Positions 11,827 to 19,374 of a DNA stretch of 64,000 nt are shown piece after piece. The position numbers were made by a program, and so were the translations under genes. The stretch is taken from NCBI GenBank assembly GCA_964003245.1, contig CAXFIU010000001.1:20589-84588 (forward strand), given 5' to 3'. The stretch comes from an uncultured Candidatus Poseidoniales archaeon. Lineage in GTDB: Archaea; Thermoplasmatota; Poseidoniia; Poseidoniales; Thalassarchaeaceae. The notes under the pieces are model-generated. The model ran no database searches. It was not told the origin of the DNA and was given only the letters and a program-made list of their open reading frames with translations. Every line of letters begins with the position of its first letter. Position 1 is the stretch's first letter.

Positions 11827-12420
11827 ATGGGAATAGAAACGACAATACTTGCCGCTTTAATGGGCCTTAGCCTTGCATCCGCATCAGGATTTCGCGTTTT
11901 CTTACCTCCATTTATTTTATCATTAGCAGTTAGGACAGATACTTTTGTTAATTTTGATTTATCAGGAACAGAGTTTGCTGCTTTTGACAGTAACGCTGCA
12001 GTTCTAATTCTTGGAATAGCTTGCTTGGCAGAATTTGGAGCATATTATGTCCCTTGGTTGGATAATCTACTAGATACAATCGCGACTCCTGCAGCTGTAG
12101 TTTCAGGTGTTGGTATGACTTCCATGGCTTTAGTAGGGAGTGACCCAATAATTCAATGGTCTTTTGCAATAATTGCAGGGGGTGGGTCTGCAGGAATTAT
12201 TCAAGTAACTACAGTGGCAATCCGTGGTTTGTCATCTACTTTAACTCTGGGTTTTGGTAATTCTTTTGTTGCATCTGGTGAGAATATAGCAAGTATTATT
12301 CTTACATTTGCGGCTTTAATAGCACCTATAATTGCTGCATTTTTCGCAATTGTATTAGTTGTTTTATTGGTACGCCAATCAATTAAAATTAAAGCAGACA
12401 AATCAACTCAAGGGGCTTAG
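11827..12420 (+). CDS. Small-residue-rich integral membrane protein (DUF4126-like)
   Basis: Gly/Ala-rich TM segments with GxxxG-like packing motifs; family assignment from memory only. Confidence 0.4.
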   Translation: MGIETTILAALMGLSLASASGFRVFLPPFILSLAVRTDTFVNFDLSGTEFAAFDSNAAVLILGIACLAEFGAYYVPWLDNLLDTIATPAAVVSGVGMTSMALVGSDPIIQWSFAIIAGGGSAGIIQVTTVAIRGLSSTLTLGFGNSFVASGENIASIILTFAALIAPIIAAFFAIVLVVLLVRQSIKIKADKSTQGA

Positions 12421-13683
12421 GAATTTCTGCTCTCCCATATATGGCCTCAAAGCCTCTGGAATCATGATTCGACCATCCTCTGTTTGATATTGTTCAAGAA
12501 TTGCCACCAATGCCCTACTTGTCGCAACTGCAGTAGAATTTAGTGTATGGACAGCAGAGTTTCCTTCCGATGTCCTGTACCTCATACGAAGTCTATTGGC
12601 CTGATAGTCTGTACAATTAGAACAAGATACCACTTCTTTGTATTCTCCAACACCCGGTAGCCATGCTTCAAGATCATATTTCTTTGAGGCGACGGTCCCC
12701 ATATCTCCTGTACAAATATTTACAACTCGATAATGTAAACCCAAACTATCCCACAGCTCTGTTGCATTATTCAATAAATCTTCATGATGAGACCATGAGT
12801 CTTCCGGTTTGCAGATTATTATTTGTTCTATTTTTGTAAACTGATGTACTCTCCATATTCCTCTATCTGAGAGTCCATGGGCTCCAACTTCTCTACGGAA
12901 ACATTGCGATACTCCGACAAGTCTTATTGGTAGTTCAGATGGTTCGATAATTTCATCCATTCTCATAGCAGTTAATGGGTGTTCACTTGTGGCTATGAGA
13001 TAGAATTTATCTGGCTCAATTCCGTACATTACAGTTTCGAAATCTCCAAGATCTGTAACTCCTTCGTAAGCCTCTTTATTCATCATTAAAGGTGGTTGAA
13101 CGAGAGTATAATTCTTATTGATGAGAAAGTTTGTAGTGTAATTTTGTAGAGCCATCTCTAATCTTGCTAAATCTCCTTGCATGAAATAGAATCTGCTTCC
13201 AGTAATTTTTGCCGCTCTTGCTAAATCAACCCAACCATTATTTTCAATAATTTCATTATGATTTTTTGCTTCGAATCTCAAATCAACTTTCTCACCATGT
13301 AAGCTGTGTAAGGTATTCTTTTGATCGTCTTCCCCTACTGGAACACTTTCATGAAGAATATTCGGAACTCTCATCCTTATTGAGTCTCTATTTTCCAAGA
13401 AATCATCTGCCATTTTTGATAATTCTTCAATCTTATTTCCTATGCTAGATACTTCACTCATTATTTTACTTACAGCATCAGCATCTCCCGATTTTTTTGC
13501 TGCCGCTATACCTCTTGCAGCCTCATTTCTTGATTTACGAAGTTGATCAACTTCATACCTTGCTTGTTTCCATTCATTATCTAGTCTAATTACTTCGTCA
13601 ATGTTATCCTGAGGAATTTTTCTTTTATCATGATCTTTTCGTAAAACCTCTGATTTTTCACGAAACATACTCATGTCTAGCAT
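12403..13683 (-). CDS. serS: Seryl-tRNA synthetase
   Basis: N-terminal coiled-coil MLDMSMFREKSEVLRKD... and class II core (motif 2/3 regions: ...RREVGAHG..., ...GRIMIPEALRPY); start set at the Met that matches the SerRS N-terminus. Confidence 0.85.
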   Translation of the reverse strand: MLDMSMFREKSEVLRKDHDKRKIPQDNIDEVIRLDNEWKQARYEVDQLRKSRNEAARGIAAAKKSGDADAVSKIMSEVSSIGNKIEELSKMADDFLENRDSIRMRVPNILHESVPVGEDDQKNTLHSLHGEKVDLRFEAKNHNEIIENNGWVDLARAAKITGSRFYFMQGDLARLEMALQNYTTNFLINKNYTLVQPPLMMNKEAYEGVTDLGDFETVMYGIEPDKFYLIATSEHPLTAMRMDEIIEPSELPIRLVGVSQCFRREVGAHGLSDRGIWRVHQFTKIEQIIICKPEDSWSHHEDLLNNATELWDSLGLHYRVVNICTGDMGTVASKKYDLEAWLPGVGEYKEVVSCSNCTDYQANRLRMRYRTSEGNSAVHTLNSTAVATSRALVAILEQYQTEDGRIMIPEALRPYMGEQKFLSPLS

Positions 13684-13737
13684 AACTATCAACTCTAGGA
13701 GTGACCAATCTTCTTTCAATGAATCGGGCTTTTAGGT

Positions 13738-14838
13738 TCAGAAGAGGCTAATTTGTTGAATTAAATCAGATGGGCCATATACTATTAATCCAGTAATAAA
13801 ATAGCCTAAAATTGCTCCACCATTAAGCAAAGGTAACCCTGCTTGTGGTTTTCCTTTCGCTACTTGGGCCATCAATCCTAAGTAACCCATTAATCCTCCT
13901 AATAAAGCACCCAAACCAACTGTCAAGGGGTCTAGATGAATCCATCCAAAGAATGGTGTTAGCGGTAAAGAACCTAAAACTGGGCCTGTTTGAGGTAAGA
14001 AAGTGATAGTGGATATAATCAACATACCTGGGAAAATAACATCTCCAAGACCCATAAATAACGCATCTCTACCGGTTTTTTCTACTTTTATGGCTCCAAT
14101 TTTAGGATTATCCCAATCTTCTTGTGATGGTCTCTGAATTGTTTTTTCCATTACCCCTTCCTTCTCGTCTAAAAATGAATAACCTTTTTCTTTGGGAGCA
14201 ACTAATAATATTGGTAACTTCAAATCTATCATTGTGTCTGCTAGTTCTAACATATGTTTACTTCCATTAACTGCCCAATGGTCATAAATTGCAGCGAGAA
14301 TCATGAAGATGATAATTAATGTAGGGACAAAACTAATTCCAATCATTGTGATAACCCCTGCTCCAACTAGTATTCCCACAAGATTTACTATATACCATTC
14401 AGGATATCTCCATAGAGTTATCATTAGTAATAGATCTAAGATCAATGCAATAAAAAATGCATTTTCTTGCGTACTCATAATAATTTCCATTGCCAATGCA
14501 ATATACGGATATACTGTATATGTTAAGGAAAAATAAAGTGAGAACATAATAAATCCTTTAATGAAAATTTCAAGATTCTTTCTAGCAAGCCATATTATGA
14601 CAAAAGTAAAAATTCCGATTAGAACCAATTCCAATAATATGTAGCTTGTTTGTGTCGTGCCTTCTTCTCCAAACGCTCTAGCCTCAGAAAAATTCCAAAC
14701 AGGTTGAATTGAGATTCCTAGAAATATAGTTGTTACAAACATCCCAGCCATACTTGTCATTGACTTCCACTGGTCTTTTATGGCCTCAATCGTCTCGTTC
14801 ACTTTCACTCCCCAACCCCCACGAAGTTCAAAGACCAT
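13738..14838 (-). CDS. Presenilin/signal-peptide-peptidase-like intramembrane aspartyl protease (A22 family homolog)
   Basis: Polytopic; catalytic-type motifs AAIYDHWAV (YD) and LGLGDVIFPGMLI (GxGD) followed by a GAL/PAL-like segment LGALLGG; start uncertain (an ATG at about 14760 would leave a more plausible divergent promoter region). Confidence 0.55.
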   Translation of the reverse strand: MVFELRGGWGVKVNETIEAIKDQWKSMTSMAGMFVTTIFLGISIQPVWNFSEARAFGEEGTTQTSYILLELVLIGIFTFVIIWLARKNLEIFIKGFIMFSLYFSLTYTVYPYIALAMEIIMSTQENAFFIALILDLLLMITLWRYPEWYIVNLVGILVGAGVITMIGISFVPTLIIIFMILAAIYDHWAVNGSKHMLELADTMIDLKLPILLVAPKEKGYSFLDEKEGVMEKTIQRPSQEDWDNPKIGAIKVEKTGRDALFMGLGDVIFPGMLIISTITFLPQTGPVLGSLPLTPFFGWIHLDPLTVGLGALLGGLMGYLGLMAQVAKGKPQAGLPLLNGGAILGYFITGLIVYGPSDLIQQISLF

Positions 14839-14873
14839 ATCACTTTGACTAATACAAGTGCGTAGTTGAACTG

Positions 14874-16106
14874 GTGGGTGATTATCTTTTGAGCGTTAGA
14901 AAATGGCTAGAAAATACGAAAGATTCTGGTGTTAAATTAGGTCTTGAGAATTGTGAGGTCTTGTTGGAAAGGTTGGGGAACCCTCATCTTAATTTTCCTT
15001 CAATTCATGTTGCTGGGACAAACGGTAAGGGTTCACTATGTGTTCAACTTTCTGCATTTGCAAGAGAAAATAATTTGAAAGTAGGATTATTTACTTCTCC
15101 TCATTTGATAACAATTGAAGAAAGAATTAGAATAAATGGGGTTCCAATTTCTCCTCAAGATTTTGATATCTTTTTGAATAAGATACGTGAAGCCTCATTA
15201 ATTGCTCCAGTTTGTAAACCAACTTTTTTTGAAGTTACATTTTTGCTTGCCATGGTAGTTTTTAGTGAGAATAAAATTGACAGAGCTATTATTGAGACTG
15301 GTTTGGGCGGTAGACTAGATTCTACCAGATTGGTTGATGCTGATCTTTGTGTGATAACCACCATCTCAAAGGATCATACTGAGTTTTTAGGAGAAACCTT
15401 GGAAAAAATTGCTTTTGAGAAAGCGGGTATTCATCGTCCAGGGGTGCCTCTACTCTTATTGAAAAATGAGAATTTATCTTCTTCTGTATTGACAGTAATT
15501 TCCGATAAAGTTGGTGAAGATCTTTGGTTATTTGAAGAAAATAAAGAATTGTCGAATTGGCAGAATTGGAACATAATGGCAAGAAAAATTGCACAATTTT
15601 TCAAATGGGACGAATCAGAAATTAATTGTAAATGGCCGGGTCGCTCCCCAGGATATGGGTCATCCTGGTTCGATTTCCCTCTGAAGATATGTGCTGCTCA
15701 CAATAAAGAAGGCTTTGAGTCCGAACTTAATTCAATCAAAAAACCGAGTGTGTTTGTTATAGGAGTAACAGAAAAAGCAGATATCAATGATACATTAACT
15801 CCATTTCTACAAGAGAATCTTCATCAATCCATTTTTCATCATTTAATATTTACTGAACCTCTTTCTGGAAGAAATAATTCTGTAAGTGCAGAGCAATTAG
15901 AAAATATAATTTGTAGCCATAGAGAAACTTCTCGTGATATAATTAAGAATCCAGTTAATGCAATTGAAGAAGCATCAAAAATTTGTGAAATCGATAGTGT
16001 CGAGTTGGTCCTAATAGGTAGTGTTTATCTTGTTGGAGATATCCTAAATTATATTATTTCTAGGGATAATCTGAATTTCTGGGAAGAACTACGCGTTCAC
16101 CGATAA
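14874..16106 (+). CDS. folC: Folylpolyglutamate synthase/dihydrofolate synthase (Mur ligase family)
   Basis: LGNPHLNFPSIHVAGTNGKGS P-loop signature of FolC/Mur ligases; GTG start in ORF track. Confidence 0.75.
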   Translation: MGDYLLSVRKWLENTKDSGVKLGLENCEVLLERLGNPHLNFPSIHVAGTNGKGSLCVQLSAFARENNLKVGLFTSPHLITIEERIRINGVPISPQDFDIFLNKIREASLIAPVCKPTFFEVTFLLAMVVFSENKIDRAIIETGLGGRLDSTRLVDADLCVITTISKDHTEFLGETLEKIAFEKAGIHRPGVPLLLLKNENLSSSVLTVISDKVGEDLWLFEENKELSNWQNWNIMARKIAQFFKWDESEINCKWPGRSPGYGSSWFDFPLKICAAHNKEGFESELNSIKKPSVFVIGVTEKADINDTLTPFLQENLHQSIFHHLIFTEPLSGRNNSVSAEQLENIICSHRETSRDIIKNPVNAIEEASKICEIDSVELVLIGSVYLVGDILNYIISRDNLNFWEELRVHR

Positions 16107-16139
16107 TCAAAAAGGATGACCTATGTCGATGGCTCGTAG

Positions 16140-16448
16140 ATGACCAATAAGCCGGATGAGAAAACTGAAATTAGAGTGGTCTTGGAACCACAAGACAGTA
16201 CTTCGAAATATATCCTAGTAGCTCTTATTCTTGTTCTTTCTGGCTTGCTATTTGCTATTCTAGCAGGTGGCGGGGCAGAAAAATTACTATCATCAGATGA
16301 TGATACTATCGGAAACTGTGGTGATGGTTTAGATAATGACAACGGCGGAAAAGCCGATAGAGATGATCCTGACTGTTATGCCAACCCTACTTCTTTAGAT
16401 GGTTATGATCCTAATCGTACAGAGGCGAATAGGGATAATGACTTATGA
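16140..16448 (+). CDS. Small single-pass membrane protein with Cys-bracketed Asp-rich Ca/metal-binding-like motif
   Basis: One TM (YILVALILVLSGLLFAILAGGG) then CGDGLDNDNGGKADRDDPDCY; ATG start; sits between folC and dCMP deaminase on the same strand. Confidence 0.35.
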   Translation: MTNKPDEKTEIRVVLEPQDSTSKYILVALILVLSGLLFAILAGGGAEKLLSSDDDTIGNCGDGLDNDNGGKADRDDPDCYANPTSLDGYDPNRTEANRDNDL

Positions 16449-16470
16449 TAGATATTCAGGAGATATTCAT

Positions 16471-16908
16471 ATGAGCGACAAATGGGATAAAAGATTTCTA
16501 GAATTAGCGAAACATATCTCTGACTGGTCAAAAGACCCATCTACCAAAGTAGGTTGTATTGTTGTAGGTGAAGATCGTGAAATTAGATCTACAGGATTCA
16601 ATGGTTTTCCTAGAGGTATAGAAGATAAAACCGAGAGATTAGAAGATCGTGAACAGAAGTATCCTATGATTTGTCACGCTGAAGAGAATGCTATAATGCA
16701 CGCTGCAAGAATTGGTATTTCATTGAAAGGTACTACGGCGTATGTAACTTGGCCGCCTTGTTCTAGATGTACCAGGTCTCTTATTCAAGCAGGAGTAAGA
16801 GAGGTAATTTATCCTAAAGATCTAGAGATTCCAGAAAGATGGCAAAAAGATTTTGATATTGCATCCGGCATGATGCATGAAGCTGGAATAATCGTTAGAA
16901 CTGCATAA
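16471..16908 (+). CDS. dCMP deaminase (cytidine/deoxycytidylate deaminase zinc-binding family)
   Basis: HAEENAIMHAARIG ... PCSRCTRSLIQAGV (H-A-E / PC-x-x-C zinc motif); N-terminus MSDKWDKRFLELAKHIS typical of ComEB-type enzymes. Confidence 0.75.
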   Translation: MSDKWDKRFLELAKHISDWSKDPSTKVGCIVVGEDREIRSTGFNGFPRGIEDKTERLEDREQKYPMICHAEENAIMHAARIGISLKGTTAYVTWPPCSRCTRSLIQAGVREVIYPKDLEIPERWQKDFDIASGMMHEAGIIVRTA

Positions 16909-16916
16909 TTCAGAGA

Positions 16917-18737
16917 TTAGAAGTCTCCACCGCCGCCGCCGCCACCGCCGCTGCCACCGCTATCAAATCCGCCGCCGCCGCCGCCGCCGCCACCGCCACC
17001 GCTGCTACTTGCTCTCTCAGAACTGGTACTTCCTGAACTGGATCTGAAACTTACTCTTCTACTACTCATGACCCTGTAACTCCAATTGTAATGATCGTAA
17101 TGATCCATTTGATGATTATCTCCCATAGTTGTAAAAGATTTTGAGTGCATAATTGGTATTCCTAGAATTAGGCTCATTTCCTTTTTCATATCTCCCTGTG
17201 GAAATAGTAGCAATCGAAGAAGTACAATAAAAGGGCTTAAGAATGCTAAAACAAAAATAGAACCTCCAATACCAAACAAGAAATTACCAAATGTTATTTT
17301 TGATGCTTCCATTCCCCAAGAAGATTCGTCAAATCCTATCAATAAAGTTACAATTATGGGTATAGTAAGTATCAATAAAATTACAGAAAAATAGTCTGAT
17401 ATGTTAGTTCTTAGTTGGTATACCTCATTTATCATTCTCAATTCATTATCATATTTCTCTAGACTGATTTCCACATCAGATTCAGACAACCTATCGTCCA
17501 ATCTTCTAAAGGACTTGATTTCAGAATCACTCATCCCACTAAATTTCCCATTCCAGTTTTTCCTTATCGATGAGTCCTCTGCAAGATTACTCATTATTGC
17601 TCTGTTAATCAAGGCTATATTTTCAAATGCCATATCTTTTTTCTTTCGAAACTCAATCTTTTTCGGAATTGTCCTAGCAAACATACCAATAGATAATAAA
17701 ATCAATAATGGCAATAATAAAATTATGTATAGATTAATTTCTATCCATTCCTCCATATTGAAGCCATCATCCAGAATTGCTTTTTCAGAATAATCTACAA
17801 TCTCATGCAATAAAAAATCATCAACTTCTCCTCCGTTGAATTCTAATTCTTCGTAAATTTCCCATTCTTTATCGTACATGTAATTTATCCAACCACTATT
17901 ATATTCTGCCCCCATTGTAGTATAAACTCCCCAGTAAGACCAGCCTCCTTCAGACTCGATTAACCATAAAATATCGCATTCATTCAAATCATAATTCTGA
18001 AAAGCTCCATATGCATACTGATATGGGCCAATAAAAGAGGCATTTTTTCCGCTTAGACCGTCTATAGTAACAATTAATATAGAGCAGTTTGTATTCTTTT
18101 CAATATCATTTATTCTCAAATTAATATCGTTTTCATCCACATCAACAATTAATCCAGCTTCATCAATAATCCAGTTAGGTGATGAATCATCAGCAATCTT
18201 ATTCCATTCAGGATATGTAACATCTCCCTGGTTGACTATTTGTTCCATCCCTTCAACCGCAGCAAGTAAACCATCGAACCATCTATCCTCGCTAAGAAAC
18301 GGTCTCACTCCATAATCAAAGACCTCCTGGACGTACGAATCCCAACCTTCGTTAGAATACCCACCTCCTAATTCAGTCCAAAATTGTCTGTCTTGTTCTG
18401 ACATGAATATCAGTATTGCTTTATTCTGATTTTTGTCATCATTTATTCCGTATTCATCGAATGCAAATCTAGCATAATCCCATTTTTCCCAACCATCTGC
18501 ATTATGTTCTTCATAACTTTCTATTGTTAGAACTACAATCGGTTTTCCTGTTTCAAGATATATCTCATTGGATTTGTTATTCAGTATATTAAACTCAGAA
18601 TCTGACAAAACCTCTGCTGAATCAATAACCCAGACTCCTTCTTCTTCAGGAAGAGGAGGGACGTCTGCTGCTTGAACATTAATAGATAAAAAAATACTAA
18701 TTAATAGTGCAATGACAATTAGCCTGAGTTTCTTCAT
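16917..18737 (-). CDS. Exported/membrane protein with two TPM (YgcG/Psb32-like) domains, C-terminal TM helices and poly-Gly tail
   Basis: Signal peptide MKKLRLIVIALLISIFLSINVQA; TPM-like blocks VWVIDSAEVLSDSEF...IVVLTIESYEEHNADGWEKWDYARFAFDEYGI...AILIFMSEQDRQFW and NWIIDEAGLIVDVDEND...ILIVTIDGLSG...; tail ...SSSGGGGGGGGGGGFDSGGSGGGGGGGGDF as in YgcG-type proteins. Confidence 0.6.
   Translation of the reverse strand: MKKLRLIVIALLISIFLSINVQAADVPPLPEEEGVWVIDSAEVLSDSEFNILNNKSNEIYLETGKPIVVLTIESYEEHNADGWEKWDYARFAFDEYGINDDKNQNKAILIFMSEQDRQFWTELGGGYSNEGWDSYVQEVFDYGVRPFLSEDRWFDGLLAAVEGMEQIVNQGDVTYPEWNKIADDSSPNWIIDEAGLIVDVDENDINLRINDIEKNTNCSILIVTIDGLSGKNASFIGPYQYAYGAFQNYDLNECDILWLIESEGGWSYWGVYTTMGAEYNSGWINYMYDKEWEIYEELEFNGGEVDDFLLHEIVDYSEKAILDDGFNMEEWIEINLYIILLLPLLILLSIGMFARTIPKKIEFRKKKDMAFENIALINRAIMSNLAEDSSIRKNWNGKFSGMSDSEIKSFRRLDDRLSESDVEISLEKYDNELRMINEVYQLRTNISDYFSVILLILTIPIIVTLLIGFDESSWGMEASKITFGNFLFGIGGSIFVLAFLSPFIVLLRLLLFPQGDMKKEMSLILGIPIMHSKSFTTMGDNHQMDHYDHYNWSYRVMSSRRVSFRSSSGSTSSERASSSGGGGGGGGGGGFDSGGSGGGGGGGGDF
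16920..17010. repeat. GGN/GCC trinucleotide low-complexity tract encoding the poly-Gly tail of the TPM protein
   Basis: ccaccgccgccgccgccaccgccg... visible in sequence; coding, not an independent element. Confidence 0.6.
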
Positions 18738-18789
18738 ATCAAAGCCTATGATATTCAACTCATAAACTATTTTCCGTCATTAAAATTAC

Positions 18790-19332
18790 TTATTCGATTT
18801 TCTGAAAGAATTCTTCCAAGTCATCAATTAATTCCTCTTCCGTACCATCATTTAGAATTACTATATCTGCTAATTCTGCAGTTGCGTTTAGAGCCTGCCC
18901 TGCATCATCTTTAGCTACAGCCTCTGCCTTTTCTTGCTCCATAAAAGTCTCTTTGTCTAAGGGATCACCAGCTCTTGCCCGACTTTGCAGTCTCTCCCAT
19001 CTTGTTTCTGTATTTGCTCTAATTTCTATTAAGATAAAATCATCTCTTTTCCTCAAAGCCTCAACTTCCCCTGGGGTCCTAATTGAATCAACAACAGCAT
19101 CCTTTCCATCCAGAATCTCTAGTAACATTTCTGCTAATATTCCAGCGCCCCCTTTTCTTCTAAGTTCTCTCCCTCCTTCAATCAAAGCGTCTCTTGTGGG
19201 CTCAATATTTTGTTCTGCAAGCCATGCTCTAATTGAATCAGAACAAGAAGAAGTTTCCAATCCTTTATTTGAAAACCAGTTTACAACCGTCGACTTTCCG
19301 GACGCATTTCTCCCAGTCAAACCAATGAGCAT
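18790..19332 (-). CDS. P-loop nucleotide kinase (dephospho-CoA kinase/dNMP kinase-like)
   Basis: MLIGLTGRNASGKSTV Walker A at N-terminus, lid-like basic segment and ADIVILNDGTEEEL C-terminal block resembling CoaE; substrate not assignable. Confidence 0.5.
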   Translation of the reverse strand: MLIGLTGRNASGKSTVVNWFSNKGLETSSCSDSIRAWLAEQNIEPTRDALIEGGRELRRKGGAGILAEMLLEILDGKDAVVDSIRTPGEVEALRKRDDFILIEIRANTETRWERLQSRARAGDPLDKETFMEQEKAEAVAKDDAGQALNATAELADIVILNDGTEEELIDDLEEFFQKIE

Positions 19333-19374
19333 GTCAGTACGCTGTGAAAGGATGGAAATAGTGATTGCCTTTTT

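Noticed and set aside
16920-17010. GGC/GCC-rich tandem trinucleotide tract that looks like a repeat array
   Set aside because: It lies inside the C-terminus of the TPM-domain gene on the minus strand and encodes the poly-Gly tail. It is not a CRISPR array or an independent repeat element.
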